Shown: one piece after another, positions 40,001 through 48,864 of the stretch | Numbering within the stretch: the first letter of the stretch is position 1 | How the letters are laid out: every line of letters begins with the position of its first letter | Assembly: GCA_021613535.1 (NCBI GenBank) | Contig: CP075492.1 | Location: 1,612,001-1,676,000, forward strand | Length of the DNA: 64,000 nt | From: Adineta vaga | Taxonomy: Eukaryota; Animalia; Rotifera | Direction of reading: 5' to 3' | The notes under the pieces: generated by a model | Database searches by the model: none | Seen by the model: the letters and a program-made list of their open reading frames with translations, nothing else | What the model was told of the DNA's origin: nothing | Made by a program: the position numbers and the translations under genes

Positions 40001-41361
40001 AATTCTCTCTTTGATTATAAGTTAGTGACTATTGAAGATGATGTTCGATTCAATATCAATGCTCACATTATGGTAAGACATGACTATTTATTTATTATCT
40101 TCATATCAAAGATGGGCACGATTCGGTTCGACAAAACACTTCTGTAATTTCTCTCGGTTTCGGTTCGGTTGAGTTTTTGCTTAAATTGATTTAACTTAGA
40201 TGACTACTTATATTGATATACGCGTAATTGAAATCGTATTATTAGATGCTTTTATTGGTAGATCTAAAGTCTGGAAAAGTGAAGGTATGAAATGAAAATC
40301 AAAGAAATTCATGTTACCATATATAAAGCAAAGTTTATATCTATATGAAGTTGGTGTAGAATTGCGGAATTAAATTAGTATCTTTATAATTATGATGTTA
40401 TCCACAAGCCGCAGCGTTGAACTGATAACTTTTGATTAGAGATAAACAAAATCATTTATAGAAACTCGAAAATTTGTACTGCGCGTCTTTATATGTAAAA
40501 TGTTCAGAAAGCTTAATATCTTACTACACTTTTTGAAAGAATGTTCCAATTCTTTAAAAGTTCTACGAATATTTTCCGAAATTGCCTAATATTTCTCAAA
40601 AGTTCTTCAGATCTTTCCCTATGTTTTGATGTGTTTCTAAATACTTGTTGAAGTATTAAAAAGACCCGTATCTCATTGAGAAGAAGTTGCAAACTTTTTG
40701 GTTTATTAACAAAGTAATACATGAACTAGGATACTCGTTGTCATTGTTCTACTAATACTGATTTTGAAACTCTCATTACTCGATAGAGTTTGTTTAGGCA
40801 AATAGTGTTATTTTCTAAACAGGCAAAATTACATACTTTCGATTAATATACTTTCATGAGACTAATTGTTCACAGAAACGACGCAAAGGAACTGCTAATA
40901 ATGTTACCTAATTTTATTTGTTACTAAGCGATTTTTCTCAACATATATGATTCGGGTCGGATCGGTTCGGATCCAGTTTTGACAAAATCGGTTCGATTCG
41001 GTTCGAATTTACTCCTAGAAATTTTCATAGGTTTTGGTTCGGTTCCGTTCTAAATCATGAATTTTTTCGGTGTCTCGGTTAGGTTTAAATTTTGAAAAAC
41101 ATAGACCGTGCCCATCTCTGCTTCATATACAATTCTTCTTATTATTCATTTCAGTGCCATACTTTTGAACAACGAATTTTAAAGCTAGCTCCTGTTACAG
41201 TCAAAAATTCATGTGTGTTCATGAGTCATTCAGGTGCGATGCCGGGATGCAAATTGATGGGCAATAATCGACTTTATCCTAATACGTTAATTATGAAAAA
41301 TGACATATTACCGGCGAATACTCATTGGAAAGGATTTCCTGCGCGTCAGTCACGCAATTAA
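1..41361 (+). CDS. Giant multi-exon, multimodular nonribosomal peptide synthetase (5'-partial): C-[C-A-T-C]x4-C-A-T-Pls-like terminal membrane region
   Basis: Repeated C motifs (HHAFFDG, HHAAFDF, HHAMFDG, HHSLFDY), A motifs (YIIFTSGSTGxPK, YGPAE, YRTGDL, GRKDFQIKLHGQRIELGEIE, LPLNANGKIDR) and T motifs (GGHSL, GGTSL). The ORF fragments are joined in frame by GT-AG introns. Inter-module introns (1017-1905, 6995-11911, 16999-22904, 27962-28895, 33952-34837) are all phase 1 (GAA G|gt...ag|CA or CG CCA GCx, giving E-A-P-A-S-Y). The stop is at 41359-41361. There are three apparent 1-nt frameshifts. Confidence 0.85.
1906..6994 (+). CDS. NRPS module 1 (C-A-T-C)
   Basis: Introns 2473-2534, 3623-3685, 3985-4045, 4377-4433 and 5439(or 5445)-5493. 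Apparent frameshifts near 3843 (one base missing, TAG results) and near 5740 (extra A relative to paralogous copies). Confidence 0.88.
8745..10347 (-). CDS. Transposase (CENP-B/Tc5-type HTH, DDE_1 domain, C-terminal Cys/His cluster), split by a 1-nt frameshift
   Basis: HTH motif FAATDFWLHQFKRRH. Catalytic motifs NTDQSG, LLSDYWGGQ and IQPCDVYYNRQYK. ORFs 9514-10347 and 8745-9641 join if one base is removed from the T run at about 9576-9579. Confidence 0.88.
10513..10591. repeat. 31-bp tandem repeat (about 2.5 copies) in the transposon 5' region
   Basis: The unit aatggtaaaagatgatgaaactaggctgaac is repeated directly. Confidence 0.85.
11912..16998 (+). CDS. NRPS module 2 (C-A-T-C), no lesion seen
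   Basis: Introns 12482-12543, 13632-13694, 13995-14051, 14383-14438 and 15444(or 15450)-15498. The spliced frame is open and the core motifs are present (the A5 motif reads NLCGPAE). Confidence 0.9.
17740..20640 (-). pseudogene. LINE ORF2 (APE endonuclease plus reverse transcriptase), multiply frameshifted
   Basis: APE motifs GGVAIL, VYVPP and GDFNAKH. RT motifs RPISLLPNLSKLLE, QSGF, VDFKNAFD, PQGSVLA, FADD and KYLG, spread over at least four ORF fragments. Confidence 0.9.
20646..22302 (-). pseudogene. LINE ORF1 (gag-like, three zinc-knuckle-like motifs, C-terminal coiled coil), broken near the 5' end
   Basis: Motifs CTRCKCPEHSRNTC, CRRCGED...HDQC and CHHCGDD...KC. Split into ORFs 22069-22302 and 20646-22013. 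Confidence 0.75.
22905..27961 (+). CDS. NRPS module 3 (C-A-T-C) with a divergent second C domain
   Basis: Introns 23475-23536, 24625-24687, 24989-25042, 25374-25428 and 26434(or 26440)-26488. An extra A near 24817 causes a frameshift. The second C domain has HHAMFDG. Confidence 0.88.
28896..33951 (+). CDS. NRPS module 4 (C-A-T-C) with a divergent first C domain and A domain
   Basis: Introns 29460-29526, 30603-30660, 30961-31014, 31343-31391 and 32397(or 32403)-32451. The first C motif is HHSLFDY and the A5 motif is NIYAPAE. Confidence 0.9.
34838..41361 (+). CDS. NRPS terminal module 5 (C-A-T) plus Pls/PosA-like transmembrane and hexapeptide-repeat terminal region
   Basis: Introns 35408-35469, 36558-36620, 36921-36977, 37309-37364 and 40073-41154. 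The T motif is LGGTSL. It is followed by hydrophobic helices alternating with three repeats (YLRLCGAHV, ILRWLGAHV, LFRAFGAHIG) and beta-helix-like segments. The last exon reads CHTFEQRILKLAPVTV...WKGFPA. Confidence 0.88.
40107..41120. mobile_element. Non-autonomous hAT-type element (MITE) in the last NRPS intron
   Basis: 8-bp TSD cttcatat (40099-40106 and 41121-41128). TIR CA(A/G)AGATGGGCACG. Clustered subterminal TTCGG repeats at both ends and no transposase ORF. Removing it leaves a 60-nt intron. Confidence 0.9.
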
Positions 41362-41701
41362 ACGAACTTGACATTTGTACACATATTTTTAACATGTTCT
41401 CTAACATTTTGTTGGTAACAGAGCATGTATTGATGTTAGCTTACGATATAACACATATATACATAAAAACATAAAGACACGATACAGAACAAAACAAAAT
41501 ATATGATAATGTCTTACAAAAGTTGAAAAACGAAAAGAAAGAAAAAGTGGATGAACAACGTTTGTCTTCTGTCCAGATTGTGTTTTTCTAAAGGGGAAAA
41601 GTGCAGGCACCTGCACACCTAAAACTATGGTAGGTGCTGCGGTGTTGGCAACGCATAACCTGCACTTTCCTCTTTGGATTTTTGTCATTCACTCTTACGA
41701 T

Positions 41702-41759
41702 AGGGTGGGTGTGGGTGAGGTTAGTGCTTACTGAATCTTCACCCACCTACACCCACCCT
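41702..41759. repeat. Telomere-motif hairpin element (copy 1)
   Basis: Inverted arms agggtgggtgtgggtga ... tcacccacctacacccaccct. Confidence 0.8.
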
Positions 41760-42023
41760 TCTGAAAGGTTATTTATATATAATTTAACATCTGCGTCAAA
41801 CGCATTTACATCATCGTGACACAATTCTAAGTATGAATTGCAAATTCAAATAAATATTTCATAGTCGAAGTATGTTCTGTATTTGATAGAATTTGAATAA
41901 TAATAAAATGAAAGCATCAATACAAGAAATATATAGAAAGAGGCGGATAACACGATAGGTGATTCTTTGCGAAAACATATTTGATCTTTCTCTCGTTTTA
42001 TAGTCTGTAGTTTATCTTCTTGT

Positions 42024-42998
42024 TCAATTATGTTTTGAAATCGTAAAAGGATTTTTTGTATGTTGGGTATTAATGGGAATCACTTGATCATTTTGTAAAT
42101 GAAATAAACGTTTAAGATATGTTTGAATTGTTTTTCTAAGACGTGATGAAGAAAGAAAATAAATATAAAATGAAGAAGAAAAATTCATTGTTATTATAAA
42201 TAAAGTTAATTGATCAATAAAATATTCAATTATAATTTGATCAAAACTTCTCATTGAAGATTCTTTAACTGTTGATATTGCATAAATTAAATAAATTGAT
42301 CGAGGAAGTGTACAAAATATACTGAAAATGGTTTGAATAATTATTATTTTTGTCATTTGTTGTTCCCAAATTGATACATGTGTAAAATAATGAATATTTT
42401 TATATGTTAAAATACCAAAGATTATTAAAATGAGTAAGGGGAAAAGAGTAGAAAAGATTGGAGCAAGAAAATAAACTGAAATATATGCAAAGAATTCATT
42501 AGTAAATAAACATCGATTTACGATTGAAATTAAATCACAATAAATTAAATAAGGAAGATTTATTAATAACCAAAATAGAACGAAAAATAAAGATAAATAA
42601 CGAACATTATGAATTGAACTTAATTGACGAATTCGAACAGATCTTGATGTACATGACCAACGATCAAATGATGATAAACAAAGAAATGTCATTCCACATG
42701 AAACTGTTACTTGACTAAAATAAATCATTAATTTACATGAAACTGATGATTGTGATATTGATGTCGAAGGATTTATTTGTAGAAGAAGTATTAATAAAAT
42801 ACCAAAATCAGATATTGATTGACCAATTATATAATAAACAATTGAAGATTGACGACTTGATTTTGTTCCAAGAAATATAATTAAATTTAAAATTATTCCA
42901 GGAATTCCAATTGAAAAAAGTATTATTGGACTCCAATAGGATAATTCAAGAGAGATTTCGTAAAGACGCAAAGACATTTTTTTTCTATTTAATGACAC
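42024..42998 (-). CDS. Intronless rhodopsin-like 7TM GPCR
   Basis: Seven hydrophobic segments. Conserved Cys before TM3 (CKLMIY), a DRY-like FDRW motif, and a TM7 SSSFYIY motif. Confidence 0.85.
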   Translation of the reverse strand: MSLNRKKMSLRLYEISLELSYWSPIILFSIGIPGIILNLIIFLGTKSSRQSSIVYYIIGQSISDFGILLILLLQINPSTSISQSSVSCKLMIYFSQVTVSCGMTFLCLSSFDRWSCTSRSVRIRQLSSIHNVRYLSLFFVLFWLLINLPYLIYCDLISIVNRCLFTNEFFAYISVYFLAPIFSTLFPLLILIIFGILTYKNIHYFTHVSIWEQQMTKIIIIQTIFSIFCTLPRSIYLIYAISTVKESSMRSFDQIIIEYFIDQLTLFIITMNFSSSFYIYFLSSSRLRKTIQTYLKRLFHLQNDQVIPINTQHTKNPFTISKHN

Positions 42999-43263
42999 AA
43001 TTCGAGTTTTTTTTCAATAGAATAATATAATCCAAATTTTATAGAATATTCTAATCATTTCCAGATAAATCAAAACCATAGATTTGCGTTCTTCTGTCAA
43101 AGACTAGCAATTCATTATGTCGCATTTTCAATTCATGCATTTTATTACGTATAAAACTACAAAAGATAAGTCGAAGAGTATAACTAATTTATACAAATAT
43201 CCACCTTATTGAAATAGTTATTATTAAAGTCATAAAATGTTCAAAAAAAATGAAAGTTATGCT

Positions 43264-43980
43264 TTATTCCTTTTTAATATAAGAAGCTGCCGATGATGCT
43301 AAACCACTGATGACAGATATAAATACCTTAATGGCAAGTCTATGATCAATAACAAGTCCAAGTAATTTGACAGCATTTTTTCTTTTTCCATTTTCCATAT
43401 GCTTAATAACAGCATTTGAATATTGTTCATTTTCAGTTCCATAATTCATTTTAAACGTCGTTAAATGTAAAATTAAATCATATGTTATGAGTTTGTTAAT
43501 TAATACAATAATAAATAAAAAAATTAAAATAAATATTGATAAAATTAAAATATCAATAAAACACCAAATTGTTAATAAATTATATGAATAACCATACATA
43601 AATAAATGTATTAAAGTAGTTAGAATTAATAAACCATCTATAAATAAAGCACAAGCCATTATTGAAAGATGAATATTATATGGATCGATTCTTTTTTTAG
43701 TTGATTGAAAAAGAGAAAGAAAATATTCAACATCATCTGATTTGTATAAATTCAAAAAATTCCCACTTTCCGAACCAATGTTTCCAAATAAATTTGTTAT
43801 TGATAAAAGATCTTCTAATTTCGTTAGAATTGAATAATATTTTTGAATACTTTCGAACATCATCCAAAACAAAAGAGGAGAAAAAAGACACGAAAATGCA
43901 ACATATGAATAACAAATTGAATTTACTTGCCAATAACTATCAATAAGAATTTCACTTGTTCGAGTACGTCGATAAATTAT
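43264..43980 (-). CDS. Multi-pass membrane protein, probably only the 3' part; possibly gustatory-receptor-like
   Basis: Several TM segments. The C-terminal KLLGLVIDHRLAIKVFISVISG loosely resembles 7TM ion-channel TM7. There is no convincing ATG, and the predicted start overlaps a hairpin repeat. Confidence 0.45.
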   Translation of the reverse strand: MIYRRTRTSEILIDSYWQVNSICYSYVAFSCLFSPLLFWMMFESIQKYYSILTKLEDLLSITNLFGNIGSESGNFLNLYKSDDVEYFLSLFQSTKKRIDPYNIHLSIMACALFIDGLLILTTLIHLFMYGYSYNLLTIWCFIDILILSIFILIFLFIIVLINKLITYDLILHLTTFKMNYGTENEQYSNAVIKHMENGKRKNAVKLLGLVIDHRLAIKVFISVISGLASSAASYIKKE

Positions 43981-43984
43981 TGGA

Positions 43985-44026
43985 AGGGTATGGGTGTTAA
44001 ATAGATGTGGTGTCAACACCCATCCT
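43985..44026. repeat. Telomere-motif hairpin element (copy 2)
   Basis: Perfect 9-bp stem atgggtgtt ... aacacccat. Confidence 0.65.
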
Positions 44027-44732
44027 ATTTTAATTATTTGAATATTTTTATTTTATTATTTTGGAAATGAATTTTTTAATAGTGTGTAAATGTTGATTGA
44101 GTAATCAAATGCTTTTAAAATATGTACATTTCTTTTTCTCCAATTTTGTTATTTCGCAATCCTGTTTTCGAGGAAATAAGTTAAAGATAAAAAACATTTT
44201 TGATGAATCTATCTAAGCGGGATGAGGGTAAGAATATATATTTGTTGCAAACACACACACTTACCCATACCCTTCTTTTTCTTAATGAGTTTTTATATAC
44301 TTAGTGTTGATATTTAATTCGTTCTGATTTTATGGAATATATGATGCAGTAATACATCATTTCTCTTTCTTTTATCAATTGAAAAGAGTATTTTACATTT
44401 CTATGAATCTTTTCTTTCGTATTATTCAACATATATGTAAACCAGTCATTCTTTTTCAGAATCTGTGTTTTTTCTTTTGAGAAAATCTCTCTTGTGTCCA
44501 ATCAACTGTATTTAAATCATTTATCATTATTGAAACATCAAAAATAGGAAGAAAGAATGAAATCGTGGATTCCATTAGGTTTTCTATGGTTTTCTTCAGA
44601 ATCCATGAGAATAATTGAATTTTATCACTTAGGATTCCGTCAAGTTTCAAGAATTCATGATTTCGCTCGTCTCCCCTTGCTAAGCATACTACAAATTGGT
44701 TAAATCGAATGTCTTCAATAAAGAATTTCTCG

Positions 44733-45647
44733 TTATTTAGGACGATTAAGTGATGTAACTTGTGCAGGAGCAATTCTTGTTAATCTACCAAATTTTAATT
44801 TTTTTCCACATTCAATGCAACTTTGTCGTAGATCTGGTGTAAAATATAGAAGAATAATCAACATAGGTGACAAAGGTAAACTCGCCATGAAAAATATAAT
44901 ACGCGTTGTTCTTGGTGGTAAAAGATCACTACGAATAAGAATGAGGGTAATATGAATAAGTACTGGAATTCCAGCTACGGCCAACTGAGAATTGAGTAAA
45001 ACAATACGACGAACTACAGTAAGATCTCGTTGCATTTTCATTTGTTGATTATTATTAAGTCTTGATGAAATCTGACGCATATGACGTATCAACAAGCGAT
45101 AAATTATACTTAGACTGATATCGGTTAATAAAAATGCTGTTCCAGCTAAAACCAATACTAAATCGGGTCGTGTCAATATTACAAAGCAGGCATTTTCTGA
45201 TTGTACTTTCGGCATATTACCCGTTATAAAAACAGGCAACGGAAAAGTAAAATCAAATAACCATTGAATAAGAACCATGGAAATCTTTCGATAACGATTC
45301 TTAAGAAGTGTTAGATTACGAATCTTACAAAATCTTTCAAGTGCTAATAAAATAAACGAATGATGAATAGAAGCAATGCTTGAATGATGAAAATAGGCAC
45401 GTAATGAACATAATGAATCGATTTTAGGGTTTTCATATTGATCCCAAATAAGCATGTAAATACCAATTGAGAAATGATTAGCAGAATTAAACAAAACGGC
45501 GAATGCAGTGTTACAAGCTAAGAGTGTTGGATAATTGAAACATCGATGTCGATAGATCAAAGCTAATGTGAGAAAAGCAAATGCAACACAAAAATCCCAG
45601 GAACTAAATATGATGTATAATCTGTTGATTATTGAAGTAAAATCCAT
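44733..45647 (-). CDS. Intronless rhodopsin-like 7TM GPCR
   Basis: Seven TM segments, CSLRAY at the start of TM3, a LERF motif, and a TM7 SPMLIILLYFTP motif. Confidence 0.82.
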   Translation of the reverse strand: MDFTSIINRLYIIFSSWDFCVAFAFLTLALIYRHRCFNYPTLLACNTAFAVLFNSANHFSIGIYMLIWDQYENPKIDSLCSLRAYFHHSSIASIHHSFILLALERFCKIRNLTLLKNRYRKISMVLIQWLFDFTFPLPVFITGNMPKVQSENACFVILTRPDLVLVLAGTAFLLTDISLSIIYRLLIRHMRQISSRLNNNQQMKMQRDLTVVRRIVLLNSQLAVAGIPVLIHITLILIRSDLLPPRTTRIIFFMASLPLSPMLIILLYFTPDLRQSCIECGKKLKFGRLTRIAPAQVTSLNRPK

Positions 45648-45959
45648 GGTAATCAGGATGATATGAAGAATAAAGTTAGAAGAAATGAATGTTCGACGTA
45701 TATATTGATATGAAGAAGAAAAAAAAGAGAATCTTCGTCTAGAAAGAAATTACAAGGAGTATGTGCATTGTGCGGGAAAAAAAGATTTTAGTTGATGAAT
45801 TTGAAAAGCATTATTAAATAGAAATAAAAACATTCATTTTCCATGAATTATATTCAGATGAGCAGATTAAAAACATATTCATTAGAGACTATCAATCAAG
45901 GTGCGTAAGTGATTTGGAATAAGAGTATTGAAGCAAATATTCTTATTCAATCGGAATAA

Positions 45960-46260
45960 TCTTATCATATATTACCTTTGCCAAATTTTGTTTTTGTTAA
46001 AGTTGGCCGTTTCATTATCTACAAATTGAATAATCTATTTACGAAGAATAGGAAATGATCTCTGTTTCTGTTGATTTTAAATCAAGTGTATATTGATACT
46101 GAGGACCAAAATAATCTTCAGTACAATTGTAGAATCTTCTCATGGGAAAATTATGAAATTCATTTGAATTTTTTAGAAAAATTTCGTACTGTTTATAGCT
46201 ATATCAATTAGAGATGATCAATGAAGAAGAGATTCACAAGTTACATTTTTCTCTGCTAAT
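45960..46260 (-). pseudogene. Relic of the N-terminus of an LDLa/EGF-GPCR family gene
   Basis: Minus-strand translation gives NVTCESLLH*SSLIDIA...QYEIFL...RFYNCTEDYFGPQYQYTLD. This matches NITSQQLLSWSASIDLAERYEMFL...FYNCTLSSFGPFCRFTFD in the 1547-aa gene. It has stops and frameshifts. Confidence 0.65.
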
Positions 46261-46344
46261 CGAAGAATTGTCCTAGAAGTATTATTTGATCTATTTTACT
46301 GAACAAAAAATCTTTTTCTTGAATTTATTTATTTAAAATTATCT

Positions 46345-46547
46345 TCTTGAGGGTGTGGGTGTGGAGAAAGAAGAGATACCTTGACTAACACTCTCACCCA
46401 CCCACTAGAAGATACATTTAAAGATTTATTCATGTCATATTGTCGAAAGGAAGAGAATAAGATGCATATACGATGCTATTTGTGCATCTTGAGGGTGGGT
46501 GTAGGCGAAAGTATATGTTTCATGAAAACACTATCGCCCACACCCTC
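46345..46547. repeat. Two telomere-motif hairpin elements (46345-46405 and 46487-46547)
   Basis: tcttgagggtgtgggtgtgg...ctcacccaccca and tcttgagggtgggtgtaggcga...tcgcccacaccctc. Confidence 0.8.
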
Positions 46548-47071
46548 TCTTGTAAATAAGTATTACTAAAAAGAGAGAACATATCTGATTGTTAATGCTG
46601 GATTTTTTTTGTTTCATTCTAGTTGATTATTACATACAAAAGAAAGGTCTTTATTTTATCACATGCGTCAACAATAGATTATTTCTTTCGTTGAAAGACA
46701 TATAGATTTGTGCTAAAATACGTGCAGTTAATTATCAAACGACTTAAGAAACTAAATCTCTTCATTTTTAGATCAATTTTAGGTTGACACTAGTAAAATG
46801 TTGCCAAATGGCAACATACGATAAGTATTCATAGAACAAAAACAAAAATCTCAAATGACAAAGAAAATAAAGAAAAACATTCGCCACATGTACGAAATAA
46901 AATGAATTTATATTTATCCATTTGTTTCTTTTACATTTTTGCTTTGCCATTTAGTATTGACAAAATTACCCAAAAGAAAACAGGTAATTGTTACTGCTTT
47001 ATATGGTTTCAATAAATTCATTTGTTCTTGTACATAGAATATAATTGTAACTATCGCAACACGTTTATAAT

Positions 47072-48535
47072 ATGACAAAGATTTCATCTGAAGTTCGTAA
47101 TTATGTCAAACTTGAGCTTTTCTTGGATCGTTCACCTACTCTGTTTCGTCAAATTTTTAAAAAACGTTATTTTCAATTTAATGGTGGTCAAATATGGGAT
47201 GATACATCTATATGTGGAATAAATTATTTAAATAATGTTATTATAAAAAATAAAAAATTTAATTTAACACCGGTACAAAAAATAGATGTTTCAAATGGAA
47301 ATTCAAATAAATGGGATTTAAGTATGGTAGTTAATATTCTAATTTATGGTGATCGTCCAACAACATTAAGTCCAATTGAAATACAAGAACTTGATGAGGA
47401 AAAGAAAGTTTTAGAACAATTGAGAAATATTCGAAATACAATGGCACACTTTGCATCAAAATCTGTTAATCCTATTGAATTTAGTCAATTGTGAACTGAT
47501 ATATCGATCATTTTAGTTAAATTTGGTGACATCGATACTGAAATAGATAAACTTAAAGATGACAGCATTTTCGAACCACTTACTCAGGAAATAAATGAAA
47601 CTAATGTGAAAGAAGCATTACAATTGAATTCTCTGGGTGCTCAAGCTCATAAAGATGGTCAATTTTCGGATGCAATCAGTTATTTTACAAAAGCAACAGT
47701 TTTACCAGGTGTTGCAGATCATGACCGTGCTATTTTCTTTTCTAATATGTCTTCAAGTCGTCTAAAATCGTATGAACAACAAGTAGGTCACTCCAGAAGA
47801 TATGAGATTGATAATCCAACGGACGAGCGATATCGTGCATTACAAGATGCGAAACAAGCTCGAAATCTTTGGCCTTTATGGTGGAAAGGACATTTCTGTG
47901 TGGGAAATGTTTATGTTACGTTAAATGAACTTGAAAAAGCGATTAATTCATTTGAACGAGCATGGGCTCTTGATCCAACAAATAACGATGTAAAGAAAGC
48001 TTTAGATGAAAATCATTATGAACTTGGCCGACAACAACGGCAAGAACATTTGGATCCAGAAACAAAACCAAAATCGATACTCGAACAATTAAGTACTTTG
48101 GGAATGGATCCTGAAGAAGTGCGCAATACTTATAAGTCACTTCAGACTAATGATCCATCTTTAGTCGATGTAGAAAAAGGATATAAATATGAACATGGAG
48201 ATATTGATATTAAACAGAATTATGGCGAAGCTGCTAAATATTTTGCAAAAGCAGTAAGACAAGGCAATGCAGAAGGAATGTTCAATTTAGCTCGATTCAC
48301 TGATTGTGGCCTAGGTGCCAAGAAAGATCATGATTTAGCACAAAACCTTTATGAACAAGCAGCTTCACAACCATCAATTTATCCAAAATCAGAAAATTTG
48401 CGAAATCCAGGTGTAGCGGAAGCTGAACATGCTTTAGGCCTTCGCTATGCTGAAGGTGTCATGATTGGCAAACGACTAGGAACTGCAGCATGTTGGTATA
48501 AACGTGCTTTTGATCATGGCAATATTATATCTTGA
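47072..48535 (+). pseudogene. DZIP3-like HEPN + TPR + Sel1-repeat gene with an in-frame nonsense codon and probable 3' truncation
   Basis: HEPN motif RNIRNTMAH, TPR motifs and Sel1 repeats (AAKYFAKAVRQGNAEGMFNL). The two ORFs share a frame and are separated only by TGA at 47492-47494 (likely TGG to TGA). The ORF ends inside a Sel1 repeat. Confidence 0.75.
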
Positions 48536-48864
48536 AGGTGTGTAAGGTCTGTATGGTCTAAACAATCTGGAGGAGAAAAACCATTGATTCCTTTCGTATG
48601 ATGAATTAAAAGTTATTATTTCATAATGTTCAACTAAAGTTTCTTTTACAAATATTTGAATATATACTAAAAAAATTGTTTCCATTACGTCATTTTCATG
48701 TTTAATCTAATTCTTTGGTTTATTAAATATCTTCAATCTAAAATAAATACGTACTATTATTTCACGAATATTTTATTCAAAGAAAAACATAAAATCGATA
48801 AAAATGATTATTTCTTGTTTAAATATGATGAAATGCTTGATTTAGAGACGAAGAAAAAAAGTTT

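Noticed and set aside
40073-40147. ORF-track C-terminus of the 938-aa ORF (VRHDYLF...KTLL)
   Set aside because: This is read-through into the intron and MITE. The conserved C-terminus lies in exon 41155-41361.
1-41361. Reading the fragmented NRPS ORFs as a decayed bacterial operon or contaminant
   Set aside because: The breaks coincide with GT-AG introns at the same position and phase in every module, and the flanking genes are metazoan-type.
44301-44773. ORFs 44456-44773 and 44301-44501 as genes
   Set aside because: They have no recognisable motifs. They could be a relic, but this cannot be supported from sequence alone.
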